Position numbers and translations under genes: made by a program
The notes under the pieces: generated by a model
Databases searched by the model: none
The model's input: only the letters and a program-made list of their open reading frames with translations
What the model was told of the DNA's origin: nothing
Assembly: GCA_046583315.1 (NCBI GenBank)
Contig: JAYGCN010000085.1
Location: forward strand, 1-50,176
DNA: 50,176 nt
Reading direction: 5' to 3'
Origin: Candidatus Hydrogenedentota bacterium
GTDB taxonomy: Bacteria > Hydrogenedentota > Hydrogenedentia > Hydrogenedentales > GCA-2746185
In this document: piece by piece, positions 37,000-46,122 of the stretch
Position numbering within the stretch: the first letter of the stretch is position 1
How the letters are laid out: every line of letters begins with the position of its first letter

Positions 37000-39015
37000 C
37001 TAATTGCGCACCTCATGCAGAACCGGCCACGAAGCACGCGTGTTCGATTCATAGAGGCCCATCTTATCCATCGCCAGTGGCTTGAATCCAATCCCGAATG
37101 CAGGTGAATCCTTTCCCAATCGATAGTCCTTCTTCACAGCGTCCACCAGTAGCGGATCAGTATCCGTTAGATTGTTCACAAGCGTCAGAAACGGCTCCGC
37201 TTTTCCTTCAATGTCTTTCCAGTCCCCCCCCCAGAACACGTTCCGGCGAATGATGTTGCCTTCGGGCGCCTTGGGTTCCCCTTCGAGGATTTTCGCCAAC
37301 GCTGGATAGCGTAACGAATAGGGTGGTTTATCGTAGGCCATGCCCGAAATCGTACCCTTTTCCGCGACTTCCGCCAGCCAATCATCCGCATGTTGGTGCG
37401 CCCATCCCAGGGCGCGCGCGTCGATGTGTAAGGCCCGTTTGCAGTCCACGAACAGGTTATTCTCAATGAGGCAATCGCGGCCACCGCCGATAAACGCAGC
37501 CCTCGTCACATTCACGAACAGATTTCCCGTAATTTCCGCCGAAGAAAACATATCGTCCAAAGAAACGCCCACGCTTCCCTTGTTTTCAAATCCCGTCACG
37601 TCGTGCATATAGTTATCACGTATGATATGCCCGCGCATGGTCCAGTTGCGTCCTGTGTAAATCGCCCCGGCATCGTTGGACTCGTAACACACGCTGTGAA
37701 TTTCGTTGCCTTCGATCACATGGTCATTTCCACCAAATCCGATGGCCATGTGCGGTGCGTTGTGAATGAGATTCCGCGTTGCACGATTGCCGACGCCGCT
37801 AATTTGAATGCCTGACTGATACGTCCGCTTCAGCCGCGCGTAGTGATGGATGTGATTGTTCTCCGCGAAATGTCCGGCGGCAACGAGGGTGACTCGGTCA
37901 CCACCCGACAGGGAAATTCCTCCGCGTCCGGTCTGGGCGATATCACATCCTATTACGCCGTGTTGTTTTCCGCCCGTTACTGTGATGGCGCCTGCACCGA
38001 TATTCTGCAGGGTGCATCCAACGATCCAGTTGTCCTCACCTCCCGAAATATTCACCGCCGTGCCGCGCACACCTTCGATGGTCATGCCTGTGAATCGAAT
38101 ATGAGAGGCATCGGTCATCGTTAGCGCGGTTTCTATCGACGACACGAAGGTTTCGCACTGCTCAACCGGTTTCGGCGGCCAGAAATAGAGGAGTCCCGCA
38201 TCCCTATCCAGATACCACTCGCCGGGTCGATCCAATTCGCATAAGGCGTTGAACACATAAAACCATTGCCCCTTGCGATACCCATAACCATGCGCGGGTT
38301 CACCAAAAGTCATCTCCGATTTCGCGACATCAATCGCCTTCACAGGCATTCTTTGCTCCGACCAGTCCCAGAACCAATACCCATGCGCCCAGAGATCATT
38401 TTCCTCGGCCCAGCGTTCGCCGCGATCTGAATCGAACTTTATTTGTGGAACCTTCGTTCCCTTGTTGCCGTGTATCGCATGCCCGTCGTCCACCACGATA
38501 TCGACGATATGCGTAAACCCCTCGTTCGGCCAACGCGATACCATCATAGGATTTCCGTCAAAAAATAACTCCAGTCCGCCACCCTTCGGCGAACCGAAAT
38601 CGTCGATACCCAGTTCGCGGAGATTCGCCTGAACCACGTGTTCACGAGCAGAAACATCCAGTTGACTCAGAATTGTCTTGTCGGTTACTCGCTCGAAATT
38701 CGCAACCAACTTTCCGCCCAACAAACGAACCGTTTCTCCATCCGCAGCGCGATATTCAATAGGCATCTCCCGAACACCCGAATCTGCCTCCGTAAATGCA
38801 ATCGTCTCATCCAGCACATAGGTCCCGGCATGCACGGTCACTTTGAACCCATCCTCCGGCACACCCGACGGTAGATTCTTTTCCGCACGCCAAGCCCGAA
38901 TCGCGTCCCGCGACTCAGTTATCGTGGTAATGGGCCCAGCCGGAGACACATGAAACTCGAGTGAATAAGCACTAAACGACACGAATAGTGACACAATAAA
39001 TACTGACAATTTCAT
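37000..39015 (-). CDS. Secreted right-handed parallel beta-helix protein (GH141-like)
   Basis: Start at the second ATG (AAGGA 9 nt upstream); signal peptide; FHVSP.G, RWPN, ELD.PGEWY, NHIHH and NDAGAIY repeats. Confidence 0.8.
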   Translation of the reverse strand: MKLSVFIVSLFVSFSAYSLEFHVSPAGPITTITESRDAIRAWRAEKNLPSGVPEDGFKVTVHAGTYVLDETIAFTEADSGVREMPIEYRAADGETVRLLGGKLVANFERVTDKTILSQLDVSAREHVVQANLRELGIDDFGSPKGGGLELFFDGNPMMVSRWPNEGFTHIVDIVVDDGHAIHGNKGTKVPQIKFDSDRGERWAEENDLWAHGYWFWDWSEQRMPVKAIDVAKSEMTFGEPAHGYGYRKGQWFYVFNALCELDRPGEWYLDRDAGLLYFWPPKPVEQCETFVSSIETALTMTDASHIRFTGMTIEGVRGTAVNISGGEDNWIVGCTLQNIGAGAITVTGGKQHGVIGCDIAQTGRGGISLSGGDRVTLVAAGHFAENNHIHHYARLKRTYQSGIQISGVGNRATRNLIHNAPHMAIGFGGNDHVIEGNEIHSVCYESNDAGAIYTGRNWTMRGHIIRDNYMHDVTGFENKGSVGVSLDDMFSSAEITGNLFVNVTRAAFIGGGRDCLIENNLFVDCKRALHIDARALGWAHQHADDWLAEVAEKGTISGMAYDKPPYSLRYPALAKILEGEPKAPEGNIIRRNVFWGGDWKDIEGKAEPFLTLVNNLTDTDPLLVDAVKKDYRLGKDSPAFGIGFKPLAMDKMGLYESNTRASWPVLHEVRN

Positions 39016-39099
39016 GAAGTGCATTCCTTATCGAGTACTTTTCCTCAAACAAACTACACAATATCAATTTTTCCAACAACTGTCCACAAACCCATACCG

Positions 39100-39127
39100 C
39101 TTTGCGCCTCTGCGTCTTTGCGTGAGA
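39100..39127. repeat. 8-mer tandem arm (CTYTGCGY x3)
   Basis: CTTTGCGC-CTCTGCGT-CTTTGCGT-GAGA immediately 3' (minus strand) of the terminator. Confidence 0.65.
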
Positions 39128-39129
39128 CG

Positions 39130-39161
39130 AAAAGCCCCGGCCTGATTCCTCAGACCGGGGC
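39130..39161 (-). terminator. Rho-independent terminator of the ECF/VWA operon
   Basis: GCCCCGGTCTGA-GGAA-TCAGGCCGGGGC-TTTT. Confidence 0.8.
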
Positions 39162-39187
39162 AATTATTTTTCTCAAGCGTTATTCGA

Positions 39188-41710
39188 TTAGCGTGAAATG
39201 GGTTCCTGATACCGCATTGGAACCGGCTGCGGACTCAGCGACCGCGCCTGACGCACAAGACTCAAGAACTCAGAACGATACCCGTTCAAGTCAGGCCCCA
39301 CGCCGCCTTCCGCCAGACTCAGCACCGTGTCATAGTTCATGCTGGCTGCAAAAGGTGAATTCCGCAGTTTCATTCCGAATGCCGCCACGGCCGACGCAAA
39401 CTTGAAGTCAGTCGACGCACCGTTGTATCCGCTATTCACATCTTCCACCGGGAAGGCCAGCAACTTGCTCGTCTGACCATCCGGCTGTTTGTAGCGCAGT
39501 TTCACGGTCAGTAATTCCGAAGACACTTCCGAATTCACCGATGCGTTCACCGGTTGCGTTTCGACCGGCGCCGTCTTCTGATACCTGAGCTCATCGACAC
39601 CCGCTCGCGTAGACATCGTCACACCCGTCGGCACGATTTCGTACAACGCCGTCACGGTATGTCCGGCGCCAATCTCGCCAGCATCCTTCGTGTCATCGTT
39701 GAAGTCACGATTCGCAAGCGCACGGTTTTCGTAGCCGATCAACCGATAGGCCTGCACTTTCGACGGATTGAACTCCACCTGAATCTTCACATCTTTCGCG
39801 ATGGTGAACAGCGTACCGCTCATTTCATCGACCAATACTTTCTTCGCTTCGGAGAAAGTGTCGATATAGGCGTAGTTTCCATTACCCTTGTCCGCCAACT
39901 TCTCCATCGTCGCGTCTTTCAGATTGCCCATGCCGAAACCAAGCACACTCAGGAACACGCCCGACTTCGCTTTCTGCTCAATCATGTTCACGAGCGCTTC
40001 ACGACTGGTCGTACCGACATTAAAGTCACCATCCGTCGCAAGAATTACCCGGTTCACACCACCTTGAATGAAATTCTGACTCGCGACGTCATAGGCCAAC
40101 TGAATTCCCGCTCCACCGTTCGTCGAACCACCGGCTGACAACCGATTCAACGCGTCGATGATCTCGTTCTGCATGTTACCAGGCGTACTCGGCAACACAA
40201 GACCGCTCTTCCCGGCATACACCGCAATAGCCACCCGATCATTCTCAGTCAACTGCTCCGTCAACAACCGCAATGACTGTTTCAACAGAGGCAACTTGTT
40301 CGGATTGTTCATCGAACCGGATACATCGAGCAAGAACACCAGATTTGTCGCGGGACGTTCCTCAGCAACAATATCCTTGCCTTTGAGTCCCACCCGCACC
40401 AGCTTGTGTTGCGCATTCCACGGAGCCTGCGCCACTTCGATAGTCGCCGAGAAGGGATCTTCCCCGATCGGCTGCGGATAATCATAGTCAAAATAGTTAA
40501 TCAACTCCTCAATCCTCACCGCATCCACCGGCGGCAACTGAGATTGATTCAAAAACCGACGCACATTCGCATACGATGCCGTATCCACATCGATCGAAAA
40601 GGTAGACAAGGGATCCTGCGACACCTGCTTGAATTTATTTTCGATAATGCGCTCGTAGGCTTCCGTGCCTGGCGTCACGACTGGCTGAATCGGACGCGGC
40701 TCAAAACGCCATTGCTCCTGGACGCTCGGCGAACCCGCTACCTGAAAACGCCCGCCTTGCATTTTCTGTAGCTCAAGTCTTTTTTTCGTCTTCTGGAAAG
40801 GATCCTGAATCTGATCCACGTACTGCTGCTGCACCTCGTTTATCCGGGCATCCAAATCATCTTCCAGATACCCAAGCGACTGCAACTTGTCAATCTCGTC
40901 ATTCCCCAACGTCCGCGATGCGATACGTACCGACGCTTTAGACGCAGGAACAGGATTCCCGGGTTGATTTTGCACGAAGCCGAACTGGTCCACTTCATTC
41001 TTCTTCCCACCCGCGATGACTATCTGCTCCGTCTGACCTGGCGTGATGCTTACGTTCGCGGGTGCATGCTCTGCTGACGGTTCCGCGAAAAAAGTAACGA
41101 TGGTCGAAGGAGTTTCCCCAAGCACCACAGGCCGCTCAGAAGTAATCGGTTTCGCAGCAATCAACGTCCGCGTACCCGTTCCCTTATTATCGGCATCCGC
41201 ACGATTCGTCTCATCATCTTTCGCCTCGCGATACCGGTACAAACCCTCGTCGCCAGGCTTCAATTGTGATTTCTCGCCTTCCGTCGAAATCGTTTGCTTC
41301 GTCGACGCACTCTGTCGTTGAGCCATCAACTCTTGAGGCGAATCGTGACGAAATTCCGGACTGTATCGAACCAACTCCGGCGTAAGCACTGCATAACCTA
41401 TGCCCGCCATTAGCGCGACCGTGGCTGCGTACGACACCACCCGGAGCCAGTTGTTCTTGCGCGGCATCGGAATCACCGTCGCAACAGCCGCCTCAACACT
41501 CGCGCGCTGTTTCTCGCTAAGCTCCTCCGCTTTCAATCCCGCAAAGGTGGCTTCACTCAATTCAATCGTCCCGCGAATTTCATCCAGCAACGCTTTTGTC
41601 ACCGGTTGAACCGCGATAGCTTCTTCAATCAATTTCTTCTGAGCATCATCCGCCTCACCCAACGCATAAGCCGTGAGGTCTTCTTCTGTAGGTATATATT
41701 CGTTATTCAT
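39188..41710 (-). CDS. Anti-sigma-like N-terminus + TM + YfbK-type VWA / DUF3520 protein
   Basis: EDLTAYALGE at the N-terminus; TM helix near aa 88-108; PLSTFSIDVDTASY, VRIEELINYF, MIDAS DVSGS..T..TDGD and YRLIGYENR..DFNDD.KDAGEIG. Confidence 0.9.
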   Translation of the reverse strand: MNNEYIPTEEDLTAYALGEADDAQKKLIEEAIAVQPVTKALLDEIRGTIELSEATFAGLKAEELSEKQRASVEAAVATVIPMPRKNNWLRVVSYAATVALMAGIGYAVLTPELVRYSPEFRHDSPQELMAQRQSASTKQTISTEGEKSQLKPGDEGLYRYREAKDDETNRADADNKGTGTRTLIAAKPITSERPVVLGETPSTIVTFFAEPSAEHAPANVSITPGQTEQIVIAGGKKNEVDQFGFVQNQPGNPVPASKASVRIASRTLGNDEIDKLQSLGYLEDDLDARINEVQQQYVDQIQDPFQKTKKRLELQKMQGGRFQVAGSPSVQEQWRFEPRPIQPVVTPGTEAYERIIENKFKQVSQDPLSTFSIDVDTASYANVRRFLNQSQLPPVDAVRIEELINYFDYDYPQPIGEDPFSATIEVAQAPWNAQHKLVRVGLKGKDIVAEERPATNLVFLLDVSGSMNNPNKLPLLKQSLRLLTEQLTENDRVAIAVYAGKSGLVLPSTPGNMQNEIIDALNRLSAGGSTNGGAGIQLAYDVASQNFIQGGVNRVILATDGDFNVGTTSREALVNMIEQKAKSGVFLSVLGFGMGNLKDATMEKLADKGNGNYAYIDTFSEAKKVLVDEMSGTLFTIAKDVKIQVEFNPSKVQAYRLIGYENRALANRDFNDDTKDAGEIGAGHTVTALYEIVPTGVTMSTRAGVDELRYQKTAPVETQPVNASVNSEVSSELLTVKLRYKQPDGQTSKLLAFPVEDVNSGYNGASTDFKFASAVAAFGMKLRNSPFAASMNYDTVLSLAEGGVGPDLNGYRSEFLSLVRQARSLSPQPVPMRYQEPISR

Positions 41711-41724
41711 GGTGTGTTTTCCTC

Positions 41725-42258
41725 TCAGCCTTCCTGGGCGATGTTGACGTGTCCGTGCAGACGTTTGCGAATCGTTCGCAAGGTCTTCGTGAGATCCGCG
41801 TTCACCGACGACAACGGCCGGTTGACAACCGCAGCAATCTCGCGATACGTCATACCATGTTCAAATTTCAGTCTGAATAATTCCTGCTGGTCCTCCGGCA
41901 GCTCTGCCAGTGCCGCCAACACTGCCGCATGATCTTCATTGCGCGCAGCCAGCTCATCGGGTCCGGCATTCGTGCTCGGCCGGGACTCCAGTTTCGTATG
42001 CTCCAAAACGTCCATGCGTGCCTCCTTCCGGCGCACATCCAACGCACGATTCCTGCAAACCGTATACAGCCAAGGAGCCAACTTACCGTCCAGCGATGCC
42101 CGATCCGTCGTGACCAGTTTCAAAAAGGTGTCCTGGACCACATCACGGGCACGCTCCCGATCGCCCGTAAATCGCCAGGCATACCGGATCAGCTTCGATT
42201 CGTAATTGACCATCACAGCCCGAATCCATGCGCTTTGTGTGCTACCACTTGATTCCAT
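41725..42258 (-). CDS. ECF RNA polymerase sigma factor
   Basis: ARDVVQDTFLKL and WLYTVCRNRALD (region 2); LPEDQQE..L...GMTYREIA (region 4). Confidence 0.95.
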   Translation of the reverse strand: MESSGSTQSAWIRAVMVNYESKLIRYAWRFTGDRERARDVVQDTFLKLVTTDRASLDGKLAPWLYTVCRNRALDVRRKEARMDVLEHTKLESRPSTNAGPDELAARNEDHAAVLAALAELPEDQQELFRLKFEHGMTYREIAAVVNRPLSSVNADLTKTLRTIRKRLHGHVNIAQEG

Positions 42259-42303
42259 TAAATTGTCCGAAGGTTGAACGCGTTCTATCTTCTACTACGA
42301 ATA

Positions 42304-42330
42304 TTCGACCCCTTTGTCCAGAAAAAGTTC
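42304..42330 (-). promoter_or_regulatory. Putative ECF promoter upstream of the sigma gene
   Basis: GAACTT-N16-TCGAA on the minus strand, 45 nt before the ATG. Confidence 0.6.
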
Positions 42331-42351
42331 GAATATTCCCAAAATCCCAAT

Positions 42352-42385
42352 AAAAAAGGGTAGTCAGCACTAAGCCAACTACCCT
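42352..42385 (-). terminator. Rho-independent terminator
   Basis: AGGGTAGTTGGC-TTAGT-GCTGACTACCCT-TTTTT. Confidence 0.85.
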
Positions 42386-42417
42386 GATACATTCAATATG
42401 TCTAGGTTTAGTTCCCG

Positions 42418-43086
42418 TTATGGAATCGTCACCCACGCACCAGGTACACATTTGCCACCCAGTTTACGCCCCAGAGGCGAAGTCTTCACGGCATCAAAGG
42501 TGCCACCCGCTTTCGGCATCTGAACCAATTCCCCGGACTTCGCGCGTCCGAGGCGTTCTTTCGCGTAGACCTGCTCAACCTGCGCCACGGTCATATTCTG
42601 ATCGTCATTCAGGCGAGTGATTTCTTTATATAGCGCCTTGCGATCCCCGTTCTCGGCCGCAATGACACGTTGCACTTCGTTTTTCTTATCCGCATCGGGA
42701 AAGGCATCCGCTTTCACCAATTCCAGTAACCCGCGGTTGGTCTCACCGACCGCTCCGAATTTCTTGATCGCAACAACCTCGGGATAACGTTCCTTCATCT
42801 TATTCGCGATCTGTTTTACGCGCGGCGAGGTCCGTTTGGTCTCAGCGGCATAGGCCGTCTGAATTGGCGACACAAAATTCCAGGCTTTGCGCAAAAACGA
42901 AGTCTTCTCTTCTTCGCCGGGCAGCGAATCCTCTTCACCGGCAACGTAGCCCAATATGCCGCCTGCCTGATCTTCAATGTGGTGAATCGTCACGGTGATG
43001 TTGGCATCAAAGGTACTGGGGATTACCACACATCCGACCGCAAGGCCGAACACGGCAATAGTCATTATCCGTACTACATTTTTCAT
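42418..43086 (-). CDS. DUF1318 (YdbL-like) lipoprotein with a YnbE-like N-terminus
   Basis: GGAGG SD before ATG 43086; lipobox LAVGC; GAVGETNRGLL, AENGDRKALY.EI and A..G..VQ. Confidence 0.8.
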   Translation of the reverse strand: MKNVVRIMTIAVFGLAVGCVVIPSTFDANITVTIHHIEDQAGGILGYVAGEEDSLPGEEEKTSFLRKAWNFVSPIQTAYAAETKRTSPRVKQIANKMKERYPEVVAIKKFGAVGETNRGLLELVKADAFPDADKKNEVQRVIAAENGDRKALYKEITRLNDDQNMTVAQVEQVYAKERLGRAKSGELVQMPKAGGTFDAVKTSPLGRKLGGKCVPGAWVTIP

Positions 43087-43189
43087 GATTGGTTCCTCCA
43101 ATAAAGTACTAGACGCGAACGAGTCCCCCTTATTCAACGTCTATAAAACGAAGTATACACGGGTTTTACCCGTTCTACACACAATTTTC

Positions 43190-46099
43190 CTAGATTCCCA
43201 ACTCCATTGTGCCCGAATCCTCAAGCATTTTTAGCGATTGCACCAGCGCGGGCTGATCGATACTCAATTGAATCGTCAGGTTCAGGCCGTTATAGTCGCG
43301 CGTTTTGGCGCTCTTCAGCTCCGACACCCCTTCAATAACGCCCTCCCACAAGAATACCGTCATGCGCGCCGTATCAAAGGGACGCTGCGGATTTTCGCCC
43401 AGGAATTTCGCCATCGTTTTCTCAGCCCTCTTCACGCCCAGCCCCTTCAACACCGTCTGCATCTGCATCATCTCTTCCACCAGGCTCCGGTTGATGGTGA
43501 AACCTTCGTTGGACTGAACATCGAGTTCAAAAGCCAACAAGCCGTCCGTAATCGAGTAATCCGCCTCGATATCGCCAAACGCGATTCCCGTCATCGTCGT
43601 CTTCGGCGGCTGAACCTCCTCCGTCATGCGCGCCAAATCCATCGACGCAAATTCGCCTTCGTATCGAATCGGAATTCCCTCCTCCAAAACCGCGATCGTC
43701 ACCCGACTCTCCAAGGTACCGCCAAAGACTTCAGACCGCACATTGGAAATAACCAATGCATTCTCTTCAAACCCGAGCGACCCGTTGAACCCATGGACTG
43801 TTGCTCCCACGGAAGACAACGCCGCGACTGACAACCTACCCTCGCCACTCAATACCTCACCATAGTCCCCGGCGAGTTCATAGGAAACGTTTTCGATCAT
43901 ACCGGCCTTCTCCATCAACGTCATTTGAGCCACCGTGCCAGAGGTCGACCATTCGACGTTGGTATTCTCCTCATCGATCACCCACGTTGCAACGCTTTTG
44001 ACATCCGCGTCCACCGACTCCGCGTAGGCCATCTTCACGAGCAAATCCAGATCGGATTTAGCGACTGCTTCGCCGCGCAGCACGCCATCCACATACGATA
44101 CCTGCGCGATGTCGACAGATGTCCCCTCGCCGACAGTCATTCTCGTTTCGATCAGATCGAAACGGTCGTTTTCCTCCTGATACTGAAGCGTGCCCTTCGC
44201 GATGAACGGGATATCCCATAGCGAAAGTAGATCGCCATACCCGAAATCATTGGACTCCGCCACAAACGGCATCACGTATGCTCCCTCCGAGCCGGAGAAC
44301 GTGCCCGTCCCCTTCAGCATCCCATACGCACCGCCAAGATCACCCAATGCATCCACCCACACCAAGTCGAAAGCATATTCCACTTCGCTACTAAGGTCTC
44401 CCGTATTCAAATCGTATTCCACCTCACTCAACGACAACAAAACTTCATCATAATCAGTCCTAAGCGTCAACGAATCACTCCTCGCAATTCGCGTCTCCGT
44501 ATCCACCTGAAATAACCCACCCAAGGTGAAATCCGACTGTTCCTCACCTTCATAAACAACGTTTGTCAGCATTACCGACGGCGTCACGACCGCCTCCACC
44601 GAGCCCGCCGCCTGACGCACCGTCACCATGCCGTCCAGCGTGCCCGACACCTCCTCCGGCAAGCGTGTTCCCATCGCCAACAACGCAAAGGACCGCAACG
44701 GCATCGACTCCAGCTTCAAATCCGCCTCGTAATCCCCGTCCTCCGTCATGCGACCATCGCCCGTCATCTTGCCCTCGCCCAACGTCAACGCCAGCGACCC
44801 CGTCGTACCCGCAACCTTGCCCGTCTCACCCTCAAGCGACACCTGCAAGCCAACCGGAGAATCGCCCGAAGCCGAAGTGGATCGCACGTCGCTCGTCAGG
44901 GTGTACGCGGATTCCTTCAGTTCCAGATAGACATCTCCCGACAAACGATCAAATGCCAACTCTTCAAGTCCACCTTGAAAATCATCCGGGGTCGCAACGA
45001 CGAGTGCGGACTTTTCCCAATCAGAAAAATGCACGGTAACATTCTGGCCGTTTTCCGAAAAACCTGCCGATACCGTGCTCATCAAATCGTGACCCAAGCC
45101 AATCTCCCCTTCCACGATCAGTGCCTCTCCACCAGCCAAATGTAGCCTCGGGACCAAAACCAAGCCGGAGTACAACGGCGTATCCTCGTCACCTACCACC
45201 AGTCCCACAATCGATGCAAGTACATCCGCAGTCGGATAAGGCCCATCCGCCTCGCGCCATGAACCGTTTGAAAATACTATCTGTGTTTGGTGTATTCGAG
45301 ATTTGGGTTCAACACCATAGCCGGCAATCAGGGCCTGCCACAGGTCGTTGTGCACCACCATCTCGAGGACAACATGCCGAGCTTCCAACGATTCGCCACC
45401 GAACAAAATCTCACCGCGCGTGGCCAATTGAAAATACGTGGGATCGTCGAATCGAAGCGAAAACTCCACTTGCGAATCTCGATAGGACAGAGTAGCCTCA
45501 AGCGCACCTGCTGACGAGGCCATCGCCACATGCACCTCATCCGCGTCCATTTCTTCATACGAAAAACCGCATTGGTCGCCTTTAAGCGTAATCTCAATAT
45601 CTTCCGATGAAAGCAGATAAATTTCTGCACTCAATCCAGCTATTTTTGCCCTCAAATCGTCCGCGTTTCCCTGCGCCGAAAAATCTTCGATGTATACCGA
45701 CTTGGGAATCCAGGTGTCGTCTGTCGATTGCGTATCCGCTGTAGCAAGATCAATCAGAAATTGATAATTGGGCGCATCTCCCTTTTCCGCAAGAACATCA
45801 AAATCATGAATCCGGACCGACTCTATCTTGCGATTCGATCCAGATGCCTTATCGAACTCAATTATTACGTCCGTCAACAACGCGAAAGGTTGATCATTCC
45901 GTTTTGCCACATCATTCGGATAGATTACGAGCGAATCAAAACGCAGGCCACCCAGATACCGTCCCCCATTCACCTCAATCACGACACCGCCAAAGGCCTT
46001 CGCACCCCACTCGATGCCCAATTCCTGCGGAATACCCGTCCACCACACGAAAGACAACACGACAAGAAGAATCAATCCCCTGCGCGCCCATTTCTTCAT
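43190..46099 (-). CDS. Large AsmA-like/YdbH-like intermembrane bridge protein (putative)
   Basis: N-terminal anchor, about 950 aa of acidic beta-rich sequence, C-terminal FGG.L....F..MDL..G...G pattern; directly upstream of the YdbL-like gene. Confidence 0.6.
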   Translation of the reverse strand: MKKWARRGLILLVVLSFVWWTGIPQELGIEWGAKAFGGVVIEVNGGRYLGGLRFDSLVIYPNDVAKRNDQPFALLTDVIIEFDKASGSNRKIESVRIHDFDVLAEKGDAPNYQFLIDLATADTQSTDDTWIPKSVYIEDFSAQGNADDLRAKIAGLSAEIYLLSSEDIEITLKGDQCGFSYEEMDADEVHVAMASSAGALEATLSYRDSQVEFSLRFDDPTYFQLATRGEILFGGESLEARHVVLEMVVHNDLWQALIAGYGVEPKSRIHQTQIVFSNGSWREADGPYPTADVLASIVGLVVGDEDTPLYSGLVLVPRLHLAGGEALIVEGEIGLGHDLMSTVSAGFSENGQNVTVHFSDWEKSALVVATPDDFQGGLEELAFDRLSGDVYLELKESAYTLTSDVRSTSASGDSPVGLQVSLEGETGKVAGTTGSLALTLGEGKMTGDGRMTEDGDYEADLKLESMPLRSFALLAMGTRLPEEVSGTLDGMVTVRQAAGSVEAVVTPSVMLTNVVYEGEEQSDFTLGGLFQVDTETRIARSDSLTLRTDYDEVLLSLSEVEYDLNTGDLSSEVEYAFDLVWVDALGDLGGAYGMLKGTGTFSGSEGAYVMPFVAESNDFGYGDLLSLWDIPFIAKGTLQYQEENDRFDLIETRMTVGEGTSVDIAQVSYVDGVLRGEAVAKSDLDLLVKMAYAESVDADVKSVATWVIDEENTNVEWSTSGTVAQMTLMEKAGMIENVSYELAGDYGEVLSGEGRLSVAALSSVGATVHGFNGSLGFEENALVISNVRSEVFGGTLESRVTIAVLEEGIPIRYEGEFASMDLARMTEEVQPPKTTMTGIAFGDIEADYSITDGLLAFELDVQSNEGFTINRSLVEEMMQMQTVLKGLGVKRAEKTMAKFLGENPQRPFDTARMTVFLWEGVIEGVSELKSAKTRDYNGLNLTIQLSIDQPALVQSLKMLEDSGTMELGI

Positions 46100-46122
46100 G
46101 CGGTTCGCCCTCACTTCAGATT

